A program made the position numbers and the translations under genes. The notes under the pieces were generated by a model, which saw only the letters and a list, made by a program, of their open reading frames with translations, was not told the origin of the DNA and made no database searches. Shown in pieces: positions 63,700 to 64,000 of a stretch of DNA of 64,000 nt; the stretch's first letter is position 1, and each line of letters begins with the position of its first letter. The stretch comes from Callorhinchus milii. Lineage: Eukaryota. The stretch is from the NCBI RefSeq assembly GCF_018977255.1, contig NW_024704742.1:60452001-60516000 (forward strand), written 5' to 3'.

Positions 63700-64000
63700 T
63701 AAAGAGGCATATGTACCCAGTGGACAGTATAAATCTTGCCAAGGGGTAAAGGGAAGAACCTTTATTGGGACCATTCCCTGAAAGAGATTTAGAAATTAGT
63801 TGGCTCATCACTTACCATGTCAAAAGAGCATGAGGCAGCAATAAACAAGCAGTGCTGGGCTTTATTGCCAAATCAGAAGTCATACTCAACTGCTCTGGTC
63901 AGGCCACACAGAGAGTGTTGTGTACATTTCTGATCACTGAGAACTGCCCAGATCCAAAGGGCAATGTGCAAAAGACCAATGCTCAAATCCCACCCACCCC
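63700..64000 (+). mobile_element. Old CR1 ORF2 fragment running off the window end
   Basis: ERDL..., gtgctgggctttattgcc, ctggtcaggccacac (LVRPH). Confidence 0.7.

Noticed and set aside
1..64000. CRISPR array, operon, prophage or other prokaryotic system
   Set aside because: No regularly spaced repeats or gene-dense structure; content is vertebrate LINE/SINE-rich non-coding DNA.

Overview
AT-rich eukaryotic non-coding DNA (intron or intergenic) dominated by retroelements. The repeat repertoire points to a cartilaginous fish, possibly a chimaera; this is an inference from repeat families only. I found no convincing host protein-coding exon, and the longer ORFs in the track are decayed LINE ORF1/ORF2 pieces or their antisense shadows. 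Main content: two near-full-length CR1 LINEs in opposite orientation (about 26.7-30.9 kb minus, 47.4-52.0 kb plus) and shorter CR1 pieces; many L2 fragments; a young tRNA(Ala)-headed SINE with an L2-like tail, in full and internally deleted forms; older Deu-domain SINEs; and a tRNA-Asp pseudogene. Less obvious items: two decayed PIF/Harbinger transposase relics (one strongly HARBI1-like), probable RTE-clade relics, palindromic MITE-like elements, a Penelope-type terminal repeat with a minimal hammerhead ribozyme core, a locally templated insertion into a SINE, a ~150-bp local duplication and a perfect 18-bp hairpin. I see no evidence for a new multi-gene system. Repeat boundaries are approximate (tens of bp). 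Family assignments come from motifs recalled from memory, not from database searches.
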